64,000 nucleotides of DNA from Octopus sinensis (taxonomy: Eukaryota): the NCBI RefSeq assembly GCF_006345805.1, contig NC_043004.1, forward strand, positions 36,146,001 through 36,210,000, written 5' to 3'. Under the pieces are notes generated by a model. It saw only the letters and a program-made list of their open reading frames with translations, was not told the DNA's origin and made no database searches. Positions 49,570 to 61,600 of this stretch are shown here, one piece after another. Each line of letters begins with the position of its first letter. Within the stretch, counting starts at the first letter, position 1. Made by a program: the position numbers and the translations under genes.

Positions 49570-52500
49570 GTGTATTTACAGACATAATGCAATTGTACAT
49601 GGCACAGTAAATGACCAAGCGAATATCTTCTACTCGGTTTCTCTAGTGTTGTTTACCAAATGCTGATAAGCAACTAACTCTGCATTGATAATCTTCTTAT
49701 GCAACGCTACAGAGTATGAGTATTTGTACAAAAGATATATCATGAATATAATTGAGCAATTGAAAGCAGATAAACCACTGGACTTAATCAAATTTTAGCC
49801 AGTGTCCTGCAGGAATGCCATAGGAGATTGGTCAGTGTAATTGAAATGAATCTATTTCTAAACCTATGTTATTACTTTTAACACACCTAGCTTAACATAG
49901 TTTGGTTTTTGCACAATCATTTCTCATTTTACTTTGTTATCATGAAATAACACCACGAGAGCAATAGAGCAGAAGAGAAATAAGGATAGAAATTCAATGC
50001 TTAGACAAGGATTGCTTATTTATGAAATGTATTATAGTTCTGTTCAGACTCTCATGTTCTGGCTGTTATAGGGAAGACGAGATTTCAAATCACTGTAGAA
50101 GATTTCAGTTGTTGATTGTCTCCAAAACATCCACTGATTGATGTGAAAAATAAATCATATATCATAAATCATTCTCTTATATTCTGTACATGTAACTGCT
50201 TCCCGTAGTAACATTTCGAAACCTCTTTCAAATTGGTGTCAATGAGAATAGATGTGCTGCTATCATTCAAAGCACAGTGGTGTGATTGCCCTTTTGACAT
50301 CTTTATCCATTCTGGAACATCGATTCACTGACACAGTGACACATCTTGCTCCATATTGACACACTGCTTTGCAATCCAGAACACATCACACTTGTTAATC
50401 CTTTATCATAAAACCTTTTAATTTCAGCTTGTCTCCCAGCTACATATACTTAGATTCTAAATTTATAAGGGAGGTCAAATAAATCCCTCACATAAAAGTT
50501 ATTCCCACAGATATTTAATGGTAAACTTCATGTGGAATTAGTTATGAAATTTTGAGCAAAAGTTAAGTCATTTGCTGCAGCGTTCAGTTTAATCCTTTTA
50601 GTGAATAGTCCATAGACACACAACAGCTGGCTTAATATGGTGGAATATTACCAGTCAATGGCTCAGTTATTTATTTTCATATAAAAATATTTATTGAAGT
50701 TCGTGGTGAGAAATTTGGTGGTGGATAATTACAGTTGAAGCATCAGTGTATTGTGTGTAACATGAAGCTAAAATAATTTAATTCCTGTTGGAAGCCAATT
50801 CAATTATGTCACTGACACAAATAGAAAAGACATGAATGAATGTTCTGACTTCTTATTTTTTCAAACCAACAAATCTTCAGATATAAGAAATCTGTAATTA
50901 GCATTTTATCTTTCTTGGTTTTTAGTCTCACATGGGTTGAGTTAATCTTTCATCCATCTAAGGGATCAATAAGATTATTTACCACTAATATACCAACGTC
51001 AGTTCACGTTGTTATAACTTTTCCTTTTCAAGATTTTCCTTGGAGACTGGTGAAAAGAAATCGGTATTTATTGAAGTTGTCAGAAGCACTATAGTGAAAT
51101 AGGCAACTGCCAAACAAACTTAGAACATATTGAAGAAGTCATTTCAATTTGCTTGTGTTGCTCATGTCATATTTATCATTACTGATTCCTGAAAATATAA
51201 AACCTTGATGTTGAGATAGAAGAAGCCAATAGAATTGAAATGGAATTTCTACAACCAGGAATTGAAACCAAGTCACAGATTTAGCTAGTTGTAGCAATTT
51301 CATTTCATTTATATTGGTTTCTTCAAAGTAGACATCTAAATCTTATATTTTAGAGGATGAGAAATAAACTTTTGCTCCTTGAAGTTAATTTTCAGAATTA
51401 TATAGATTTTTACTTTCAATTAACTTTACTCTCTCCTTCACAAAAATATTGATTTTGGATCATCAAAATCAATCAATATTTCCTTAGAATAATGTTGTTG
51501 TTGTTACTGAGTCCCAGGTTATTCTTGATTCAACTAAAACACCGATGGTCAAGGGCGTCTTAGCTATAACCATTCCAGGCAATGTGAATCTAGGACTAAA
51601 TATTCCAATATATTTTTTTTTTTATTCAAATCGTTTGAAAGAGATTTGATTCCAGTTTTTAGCAAGTCAAGTAATGGTGTAGAATGATGTTGGTAGTGTT
51701 GTAGAAATGGCAGAATGCCAGACCAAATGTTTTACAGTATTTCGTCATTTTATGTTGCAAGTACAAATCCTGCACAAGTTAGCTATGGCACATACATGGC
51801 TGCATGATAAGAACCTTGTTTAGTAATTATTTCCTCTCAAATTCAATCCCACAGCAGAGAACCTTAAGCAAGTGTTTCCACTGCTTCATGTTGACCAAAG
51901 CCTTATGAAAGGAATTTGATGAATAGTAATTAATTGGAAGTATATCAGAAGGTCCCCCACTTGCTCTTGGGTGTTAGTTTTAATCTATTGGCTAGCTTAA
52001 CATCACCAGTTGGTCTTTGGGTACCTTTTGTGGTGTACAATCTGTTGAGTGTATACAGAGGTTAGATTCTTGCTCTGCAGATTCTTTCTTTTTTTCTACC
52101 AGTGTCAACCACCCTGAAAAGAATCATGGGCACTTCCACTCCCTCCTTATACTAATGAATGAAAAATAAATTAACAAAAATAAAAACAATGGAAAACTTT
52201 GGTTTCCATATTTTTAGGTTACAACTCAATCAGTGCCTGGTATGTAAGGTAGTCCATATATGATGCTGCTGATTGATATAGCTGTAGAAATCAATATTTT
52301 AATTTTTTTTGTTTTTGTTTTTGGAAGATGGTGAACAATAAAGAACAAATAGTAAGCTAGTAGTTAGTTACTATCTACCATATACCAATGCCATTTATGA
52401 CACTGGCATTAAATTAATATTTGCATTTGAATCAGCATTATATTAAAACACCAGTGGGATAATATTTATACAGAAAGGTGCAGCAACACCAGAGGTAAAA

Positions 52501-52621
52501 GTCTGTCTGAGAAAACAAAATGCTTCACTCAAATTCTTGCAGATTACCAGATGGGGTGTTTCAAAGAACTGTTCCTCTGAGGCAGAATAATGCTGCTCAT
52601 GCCATTCTAAGATTGTTTATA

Positions 52622-52969
52622 TTAGGTTTTCACACATGAAATGTCACAATTTTTAATTACTTGTTATTTCAGTCATTTAAAGACTAAATTAAATATACCT
52701 CGCATTTAATCTCGACTCTTTTTCTTTCTAAACGATATTGGTATTCGTACCCACAGACCTTATGGAAATGATAACAACCAAACAATATTGAATGATCTTC
52801 TTGTATGCATACAATGTAGGTCACTCTGCTGTAGAAGCTCTACGGAATATCAAGTGGGCCTTCAGTAATGGTTTTGTTGACATCAGAACTGTTCAGAGAT
52901 AGTTCCAAAGATTTCGTTCAGGAGATGATGGCCTTGAAAATGAGCAATATTTCATGCATGACAACCTAA
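52622..52969 (+). mobile_element. Internally deleted mariner (MITE-like)
   Basis: 21-bp TIRs with 18/21 match (TTAGGTTTTCACACATGAAAT), TA on both sides. 52762-52947 encodes MEMITTKQY*MIFLY..TVQR*FQRFRSGDDGLENEQ. Confidence 0.88.
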
Positions 52970-53694
52970 TACATTATGTTATGTCCATTATATGCATTAT
53001 ACATTTTATACACACTGGTATTTTCAAGGATTAAAATATACAAAATAATCTATCATTAAACAATATATTATTTAGCACTGTGAGAATAGAATTTGTTAAA
53101 TGAAGTAAAGGGTTGTGTAATCCTGTGATAACATTAGACAGCTGCTATCCAATTTGGCCCAGAATGCTAAAGAAACTCTTTGACATTACAATGAGTTCTG
53201 GATTTTCAGCAGCAGGCAGCTTTACTTTTGCATTAGTCTTGGTTTAAAGAGAAATGGAATGAGTGGTAGAGTTGGGTAAGAAGATAGGATGATGCCAACA
53301 GCAAGATGAAGTCTTAGATCTAATTGTCTTTGCCATCAGTTAATAATTAATTATATTGCATTATTAATTTGAAAATGCTTCTTAGCTGGAATTCAGGATA
53401 AACCATGGGACACATTCCTGTGTTGTGTAAATTATGTTATTCATAAAGCACTGATTACATTGCTTGCACGGCTAATTATCTCCCCCTGGTTTCTCTCTGT
53501 CTCTTACCAAGTGTGTGTCCTTATTCAAATGCCAATTGCAGCAAAAACGGTTACTAAACCATCTTGTTTTTACCAGCTTGATAAATAGTGAAGTAGATTA
53601 ATATTTCAACCAGGATACATTGGGTAGTGGTATTTCACAAGACTTTTAATGTTTTTTTTGTATACATACATACATGCATACATACATACATACA

Positions 53695-53768
<74 letters not shown>

Positions 53769-53975
53769 AGATAATGGTGTCATTGAGACCCAAAGGTGTC
53801 AGGTAATGCTGAATAAGTGCTATAGATAGACCATAGTTAAGTTCCAGATTCGGTAATATTGTGAATAAAGGGTTCAACGTTGGTTCTATGTCAGTGTGTG
53901 TATATAAGAATTTTTTGCATAATAAGATAAAAAAAACCAAGGCTGTATAGATATTAGAGCATTTATAGATAGAAG

Positions 53976-54027
53976 GTCTTACAGCTGTTTCTAGGATATT
54001 TATTAATAATATCCCTTCATCGGAGAC
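53976..54027 (-). ncRNA. Minimal type I hammerhead ribozyme-like motif
   Basis: GTCT-CCGATGA-A-GGGATA-loop-TATCCT-A-GAAAC-AGCT-GTA-AGAC: 4-bp stem I, stem II, 2-bp stem III with a palindromic loop, GUA cleavage triplet. U4 is C. Confidence 0.6.
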
Positions 54028-54458
54028 GGTGTGAGAGGAAAGTTAAGTCATAGTTAGTTTAGATGTGATACAAAATAGAGAGTGAGGTGGAGGAAAGAAA
54101 ATAGATGCAAGATATGTATGGGTATTGAAGTTGTAAATCCATCTTTTAGGCATAATGGTATATATGCAATATTCCAATATCCTATGAGTAAAGTCCAAAA
54201 GTCCAACAGAGATTAAAATGAGTCCTTCCAAATATAGAATTTATAAGCAATGTAAGATTCCCTTATGAGTGAGATCCAGCAGATTTTTAAACTTGGTCAT
54301 TCCTTGTAGAGAATTTATATACAGAGTTGCAGAGTCAAAGGTTTGTATTTAAAGTGCAACTTCAATACCCATGCATATCTTGCATCTATTTTCTTTCCTC
54401 CACCTCACTCTCTATATTGTATCACATCTAAACTATGGCTTAGCTTTCCTCTCACACT

Positions 54459-54510
54459 GTCTCCGATGAAGAGATATTATTAATAAATATCCTAGAAACA
54501 TCTGTAAGAC
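54459..54510 (+). ncRNA. Second, more decayed hammerhead-like motif
   Basis: Same layout as 53976-54027, with one stem II mismatch and loop ATCT instead of AGCT. Confidence 0.5.
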
Positions 54511-54991
54511 CTATCTATAAATGCTCTAATATCTATACAGCCTTGGTTTTTTTTATCTTATTACGCAAAAAATTCTTATATATATAAATATAGAGAGAGA
54601 GGGCAATAAGAAAATGCAGGGGATCAATAGGTGGTATTCATCAACTTTTAGACATTATATTATGTCAATTTATTTATTTACTAAAAGGACAGTTATAACA
54701 ATATACATACATGTATAACATCTTATGCTTTACATATATAATATATAAAATATAAAAATATCAGTAATTATTAAAATATATAACGTTGAGCAATAGAAAT
54801 TGGGATAATATCTTACAGCTGTTTCAGCCAAGAGGCAATAATACCTCATTCTATTTTTATCCCTCCAGTGGACTGAAGTAATTAGTAGATGAAATTGAGG
54901 TACTTGGGTGTTTTTCTAGGCTTCGCCAGAGATTTTAGAAAGTACATAAGGTTAAGTTATAAATATAAATACACACATATATACATACTTT

Positions 54992-55073
<82 letters not shown>

Positions 55074-55194
55074 CATATGACATGGTTCTTTCACTTTCCA
55101 TCTACCAAATTCGCTTACAAGGTTTTGGTCAGCCTGGGGCTATAATAGAAGTCACTTACCCAAGGTGTTTGAATGTTAACTATCATCAAAGATA

Positions 55195-55390
55195 CTCAAC
55201 ACCTAAGAACCAATCAGAAGATGCTTGTTGTCCCCAATAAAACAGTTGTTTGGGCCTGCTCTGCCCTCATGTCAATTCCAATTTCTCTGACATTTTTCAA
55301 ACTTGGTTCCTAGTGCTCTGAGTACCCCTACAACTACTGGAATGACAGACACTCTCTTCATAGTCCATATTCTTGCAATTTTGTATTTTA
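55195..55390 (-). pseudogene. R4/Dong-like LINE C-terminal fragment
   Basis: KIARIWTMKRVSVIPVVVGVLRA..EIGIDMRAEQAQTTVLLGTTSIF. Confidence 0.7.
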
Positions 55391-56622
55391 GTAGTCTAAA
55401 CTATTAGATGCTAATTTAATTAGCAGGAATGTAATCTACTTATCCTCAGCCCTGAAACTGCTGACCTTGTACCAAAATTTGAAACCACTATTATTTTTAT
55501 TATTACACACACACATACACACATAAACACACACACACACATAAACACACACACACACACACACATGTACATAAACACACATAAACACAAAGACACACAC
55601 GCACTATGTATATATGGAGAGGCAGTAAGAATAAAGAAATAAGGAGAATATCAAAAATAAAACCATGTACTTAGTAAGATTTGAACCATTATTGCCAAGT
55701 AATTGTCTGATATTTTGGGGGTGTTCAGCAAAAGATTGTTTATTTTTCTGTTTCCATTCATTCATAAACTGTGTAATATATTATATAATAGTGAAACAGG
55801 TGCCCCTTCACAAACAGCTGTTTAATTTAAACCAACTATTTCAGTTTATTTATTGTTTACTGACATTTTTTTCTTATATTTTTTATTTTTTACTGAGTTT
55901 TGTTATTTCTTTCTAATGGGTAATGCTTCATTAAACAAGTTGTCAGGAAATAAATGCAAGTGATTCAATTAACTTTATAATCCAACATCGTTAGTTTGAT
56001 AATTAGTGAGCTTGGGAATCTTATTTCCTGTCATCCTTACTCTTTCCTATATTTCCAAATTGGTAAACGTGAGCACTGAATGTTAAATGAAATGTTTGTT
56101 TGTGAGGGATTCAAATTTACTGTTTGCATATTATATTACACACTCGGTTGAGATAGTTGACATTGTTCATTTGCGATATTTCCTTCATATTCTGGATGGA
56201 AATTCCTGCTTTTACAGTGTTGGCTTAAAACCTATAAAACTTAGCAGCAGTTAGTAAATATGTAAGCCTTTCAAACGATTTGAATAAAGCTGGGTGGACA
56301 TATGACAGTAAATGAAATTAAAAATACTGGAACAGTTCAAGAAAAAGAAAGAAAGATTCGGGACGAATTAATTGGTCTTGTTGCCAAATAAAAAAAAATA
56401 GCTACTTTATTGTTTAAAAAAGCTGAAGGTTATTTTGATGCTTTTCATCTATCTTGATGTAAGAATGTTCCTTCTTTTGTCTTTTTATCAACTAAATAGA
56501 ATGAAGAGGAGTCATATAATCATTCAAGACATTCTGTCTGAGAAGAAGTTTGAACTGAGGACCCGTTGGGTTTACTACTTAGAAAAAGTCTGTATACTAT
56601 GATGAAACCAATTATTATCATC

Positions 56623-57080
56623 ATCATCATCATCATCATTATTTAACGTCTGCCTTTCATGCTGTCATGGTTAGCACAGTTTGACAGGAGTTGGCCAGGC
56701 AGAAGCTTGCACCAGACTTCCCACCCCCGCCCACCTCACCTCCTCCTCCTCTCACCTCCACTTCCCAGCTGATGCAAACGCACGGGCGGGCAGCTGAAGA
56801 CCTGGTCAACGATGATAAAGGAAGACCTCTCCGAACTCTCAGGTCCGCAGGTGGCCGGTCTGTGCAGATGGAACCGCGAATGGCTCACTATCTCCAGTGA
56901 CCTCGCACAGGACCGTCAAGCACAGGCCGCCATGGTTCATGATGCCATTAGGAACAGAGAAGAAGCTGGTTCAACCCGCCATGGGTGAATGCCATCACAA
57001 GCACAAGTAAGTACCAGACTTCTGTGTCTGTTTTGGCAGGATTTTTACAGCTGGGTGCTCTTCCTAACACCAACCACCCA
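56623..57080 (-). mobile_element. Family D SINE-like repeat interrupted by an RTE insertion
   Basis: (CAT)n tail and body at 56623-56720, resuming at 57013-57080. Confidence 0.8.
56721..57012 (+). mobile_element. 5'-truncated RTE-clade LINE with 10-bp TSD
   Basis: 56773-56988 encodes CKRTGGQLKTWSTMIKEDLSELSGPQVAGLCRWNREWLTISSDLAQDRQAQAAMVHDAIRNREEAGSTRHG*. Tail CACAAGCACAAGTAAGT. TSD ACCAGACTTC at 56711-56720 and 57013-57022. Confidence 0.9.
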
Positions 57081-57248
57081 CATATTTCACATTATTATAT
57101 TCCATTAATTTATTTTATTGCTATGTTATCAATGTTGTCTTTTTAAACACTTGTGCCTATATGCAATGTTGTCTGCTCTTCTAAACTGTCAGTTGTGCAC
57201 TACACACAAACTAAGCTTACACAAAGCACCTGTCACCTCTCATATTAA

Positions 57249-57468
57249 CCCTTTCGTTACTGTATCTATTTTGAAATGCTCTGTGTTTCTTTCAATTACT
57301 TTAAATATAACAAAGAATTTAGTAAAATAACTTAGTTATCATTAAGCTAGTGTTAGGAACATAAATTGCGACTAAGGTTTGGTGGGAAATTTTAATTCAA
57401 AACTTATGAAAACAAAACATTTGTACTCAGAGCCACAGCCGGTTTCAGCCGGGTTGGTAATGAAAGGG
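57249..57468. mobile_element. piggyBac-type MITE, 220 bp
   Basis: TTAA|CCCTTTCGTTAC ... GTAATGAAAGGG|TTAA: 12-bp TIR with 11/12 match and TTAA TSD. Confidence 0.88.
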
Positions 57469-57936
57469 TTAAGCACTTGAATCAATCCTTTTGCTCCAGA
57501 ATGATACACTTCTAAAATTTCATCATGTCCACGTTCTGTTATATTATACTAAACTCCTCAATCTAGGAGGGGGTACAAATTATTTCGCTGTATTGATTTG
57601 TCAAAGTATTTAATTAAAAATAAATGATAGTAGTCTTATTTAACTAATGTAACCTTAATTAACTCCCCTTTAACACCTCAATTCCATATGCATACTATTA
57701 TACTGATAATACCATCTTGTACAAATGTTTCTTGCATACAATTCCAAAATTCCTCCACCAAAAGAAAAAAAAAGATTCCTGTATTCATTACATTGGTCAG
57801 TGATTACTTGACAATTCTGTTACAGTTGTGATTACCTCAACACTGGCATTTGACATCTTTCAAGCAATCAAAATAATATTAGACCACAACTATTCTAGAA
57901 CATTATACAATTTAAATTACTACAGTCATATTACCA

Positions 57937-57938
<2 letters not shown>

Positions 57939-58006
<68 letters not shown>

Positions 58007-58007
58007 T

Positions 58008-58040
<33 letters not shown>
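57939..58040. repeat. (TAC)n microsatellite
   Basis: Seen directly. Confidence 0.95.
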
Positions 58041-59064
58041 ATATATTTGCTCAATAATTTTAATCACTGAGTAGGGATGCTCTACATATGTAACAGTACA
58101 AATGTAACAAACCCTTTGGCTTTTTGTTAAAACCATATCAGTCTAAACAGGTGTAATTACATAATTTAATTAGTGCCATTCTTATACATGATACTGGAGA
58201 CTCGCTATAATTTCCCAGATAATTTTCTAAATCTTGGGAAAATATGTCTAATTGATAAAAAAAGTTCATATTCTCAACAATATTTTTTAATCTTGTTTTC
58301 TTCGTTCGTCTCCATCTACATATTTAATAAAACACTTCAACACCATTAATACATTATTTCTACTTTTATCATTCTTATTATTATATATTTGTCTAATCTT
58401 ACATTTCTCTCTTTTCCAAAAATTCTCTTTTTATTTATGAATTTTTTCCCTCGGCATTCCATTTAAGCTATAAATTCATGAAATTCTCCCAGTTTTCCTG
58501 AAAAATCCCCAAAATTGAATTAACCTTCTTCAGCAGACAAGAAAATGGTAGAGAAGTAATGCATGCTGGGTTGTCTACAGGGTATGTTTGAATGATTTGC
58601 CTGTAATCATAGTTGAGTAACATTCCCTCAGTTATTCTGAATGACAACAATGCCAACAGCAACAATTACATACAAAAAACAACAACAAAAGTTTGATCTA
58701 AAGAGATATAAAGAAGAAGAATTAGTCTGTATTTACAGAAAGGTTGCCATTTACTTGTGTAGTTCCAGAATTTGTTTTGGGAGTGATTATAAAGTTATAA
58801 AGTGAAACGTAATCTGGATTCTGTGTCTTCTTTTCTCCATCATTAGTAAAAGTATTTATCAATCATTTTCCTTATTTACCATTCTTTGTCAGAGCCTTGA
58901 CATCACATTTTTCTCTTGTAAATGAATGAAAGTGACTATCTGAAAGGAATTGGTTCTGGATATTTCAGAAGTCATCATTGTTATCTTATCCATGCCTACC
59001 TGATTTCTTCATGTGGACTTTCTAAGGTCAAATGCTTTTTTGTCACCAGTACCCCGCTCATGAG

Positions 59065-59125
59065 ATTATAAACATGCTTCAGCATGGCCACAGCTGCATA
59101 GCTGAAACAAATAAAAGATTAAGAT
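59065..59125 (+). mobile_element. Isolated LINE/SINE 3' tail
   Basis: CATGCTTCAGCATGGCCACAGCTGCATAGCTGAAAC plus a short A-rich repeat tail; homologous to 19620-19680. Confidence 0.65.
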
Positions 59126-59224
59126 AAAATTGCACTGCTTCTACAAAAAAATGCCAGCTGCTTACTACTATCATATAATGACAAGGGCAAACATACGTGT
59201 ACGTATGGGAGGATTCTTTAAATT

Positions 59225-59548
59225 TCCACCTGTGCTGAAGGCATGTAAAAAGCACCATCTGAACGTGGCCGATGCCAGCACCGCCTTTATTGGGTTCCGT
59301 GCCGGTGGCATGTAAAAAGCACCAACCAATCATAGCTGTTGCCAGCCTCACCTGGCACCTGTACCGGGGATACGTAAAAAGCACCCACTACACTCATGGA
59401 GTGGTTGGCATTAGGAAGGGAATCCAGCTGTAGAAACACTGCCAGATCAGACTGGAGCCTGGTGCAGCCTCCAAGGCTTACCAAACCCCGGTCGAACTGT
59501 CCAACCCATGCTAGCATGGAAATCGGACATTAAACGACGATGATGATG
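59225..59548 (+). mobile_element. Family D SINE-like repeat with three hairpin units
   Basis: Units at 59232, 59299 and 59361, conserved body, (GAT)n. Confidence 0.87.
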
Positions 59549-59902
59549 CTGAAAGGCTCATGTTATTGTCAAAGATGCTTGTCTAAGGTGCCATGCAATA
59601 GGATTGAACCTGAAGCAACATAGTTGGAAAGCGAACTCCTTAATCATATAACCATACTTGAGCCTATATTTTTAATCATTTTGCTCCCTCTGCAAGTAAT
59701 TAATTCTGATCATTCTACAACTATTTATACAATTGAATTAGATTTTATAATGAATCACAAAAGTTTACAAACAATATCTCCAGTCTGTGATTCTTCCTCA
59801 TCCAATAGATATTTATTCTAAAACTTAATTGAAAATATAAAGAACATTCCGATAAATTTTGTCAACAATGCACTCTCTGAACACTCGAAGTGCTGATTAG
59901 GA

Positions 59903-59934
59903 TAATAATAATAATAATAATAATAATGATGATG

Positions 59935-59982
<48 letters not shown>

Positions 59983-59985
59983 GTC

Positions 59986-60036
<51 letters not shown>

Positions 60037-60087
60037 GTCATAATAATAATAATAGTCATAATAATAATAGCAATAATAATAATAATG
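59903..60087. repeat. (AAT)n microsatellite
   Basis: Seen directly. Confidence 0.96.
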
Positions 60088-60881
60088 ATATTGAATGCCC
60101 TGATGCTGTACCAGGCAGTGGCTCTCATGGCTTCTGATCTTAACTGATTGGAAGTTTTATCATGTACATTGTTTTGTCTTGGTATAAAAGATGGGCTACA
60201 GCAAATATTCTGCTCAATACCACAGATTTGCTTGTAACAAGATTGACCTTAACCAGATAAGCATTCCCTTCTTATTTCTTTATTGCTCACAAGGGGCTAA
60301 ACATAGAGGGGATAAACAAAGGGATTAAGTCAATTACATCGCCCCCAGTGCGTAACTGGTACTTAATTTATCGACCCCAAAAGGATGAAAGGCAAAGTTG
60401 ACCTCAGCAGAATTTGAACTCAGAACATAACAGCAGATGAAATACTGCTAAGCATTTCACCTAGTGTGCTAACGTTTCTGCCAGCTCGCTGCCTTTCCCT
60501 TCTTGGCTGACGATTTGTGCATCTCTGATAATGAGCAGAAGTAGGGGGGGGAGCATCATAGCCATGTGTTGAGAGGGATTCTTTGGAGTTTGGATAATTC
60601 ATCTCTGGAAACATGGGTGTTTCGTTCAACATCCTTAAACAGCCCTTATTCAGGGACCTTTTGAGCGTGCTGGGTTACTTGACCAGAAGAAAATTCTAAC
60701 TGGGCCCCATCTGCAAGGTCATGTGCTGTTTATCTTAATATGAGATCACCATGTTGCGCACATGTGGTTGTGATACGTGTGCCTAGTGTACCCTTATCAG
60801 ACAGATAGTCATGATGGGTATATTGGGCTTCGTATATTTTACTCCAGTGTCACTTTGATGTCATGCACTGCTCTCTCACTC
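60087..60881. mobile_element. Non-coding interspersed element bounded by (AAT)n, about 570 bp without its nested SINE
   Basis: More GC-rich than the flanks, no ORF homology, no TIR, no clear Pol III boxes, (AAT)n on both sides. I recall it as an abundant octopus repeat (unverified). Confidence 0.55.
60274..60494 (-). mobile_element. Family C SINE variant with 10-bp TSD
   Basis: TSD TTCCCTTCTT at 60264-60273 and 60495-60504. Family C head and centre with a different 3' end. Confidence 0.85.
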
Positions 60882-60903
60882 AATAATAATAATAATAACA
60901 ATA

Positions 60904-61600
60904 ATCTCAAAGATAGAAAATTTATTGCAGTCAAAGCTGAATTCAATAAAATCTTATTGAAGCAATACATTCAAGAGCACTACTCTTAATCAGATATAGA
61001 GTTGGAATTATAGACTGGACCAAAAACGATAGAAAAATACTTGACAAAAAAACTAGGAAGTTGGTGAAGACAGTTGAAGCCCACCATCCGAAAGCTGATC
61101 TCAACCGGCTGTACTTGAGGAGAGACCAGGCTGGAAGAGGTTTAATAGCAGTAGAATAATGTGTACAGGTGGAAAGAAAAAGTCTAGTAGAGTATTTACA
61201 GAGCAGAACAGAAAAACTACTAAAGACAGTGAATATAGAACAGGTGATGAAGTGTGTAATGGGGGAAAAAGGACAAGAATGAAATACAAAGAGAGCACGT
61301 CAGACAGATCGAAGAGAAACTTCTGCATTTCCAATTTTGGGGAGCCACTGAAGAAGATGCATGTGGGGCAAAATCCTGGGCTTTGTTAAAAAAAGGGGTA
61401 ATTAAAAAACAGAAACAGAGAGCCTAATTGTAGCAGCCCGACATCAAGTGATGAAAACAAACTTGCGAAAAAGTATATAGGGAGAGAATGTATCAGAAAA
61501 ATGTAGAGCCTGTGGAACTTGGAACGGGACAGAGGCACACACTGTGGAAGAATGACCCAAATTGGTACAGGAAGAATATAAGAAATAGATGATCTTGGCA
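60904..61600 (+). pseudogene. R4/Dong-like LINE fragment after (AAT)n
   Basis: RYRVGIIDWT, LDKKTRKL..HHPKADLNRLYLRRDQAGRGLIAVE, ETESLIVAARHQ, CRAC. Confidence 0.8.

Larger units (their letters stand above)
53901..54582. mobile_element. Inverted-repeat Penelope-like terminal structure
   Basis: Arms 53901-54133 and 54357-54582 are reverse complements at about 93% by eye, with a ~220-bp spacer. Each arm carries a hammerhead-like motif. Confidence 0.7.

Noticed and set aside
58468-58665. Further minus-strand exon candidates (also about 52530-52610 and 22800-22890)
   Set aside because: Open frames exist, but the splice signals are weak or the pyrimidine tracts poor; too easy to overfit without RNA data.
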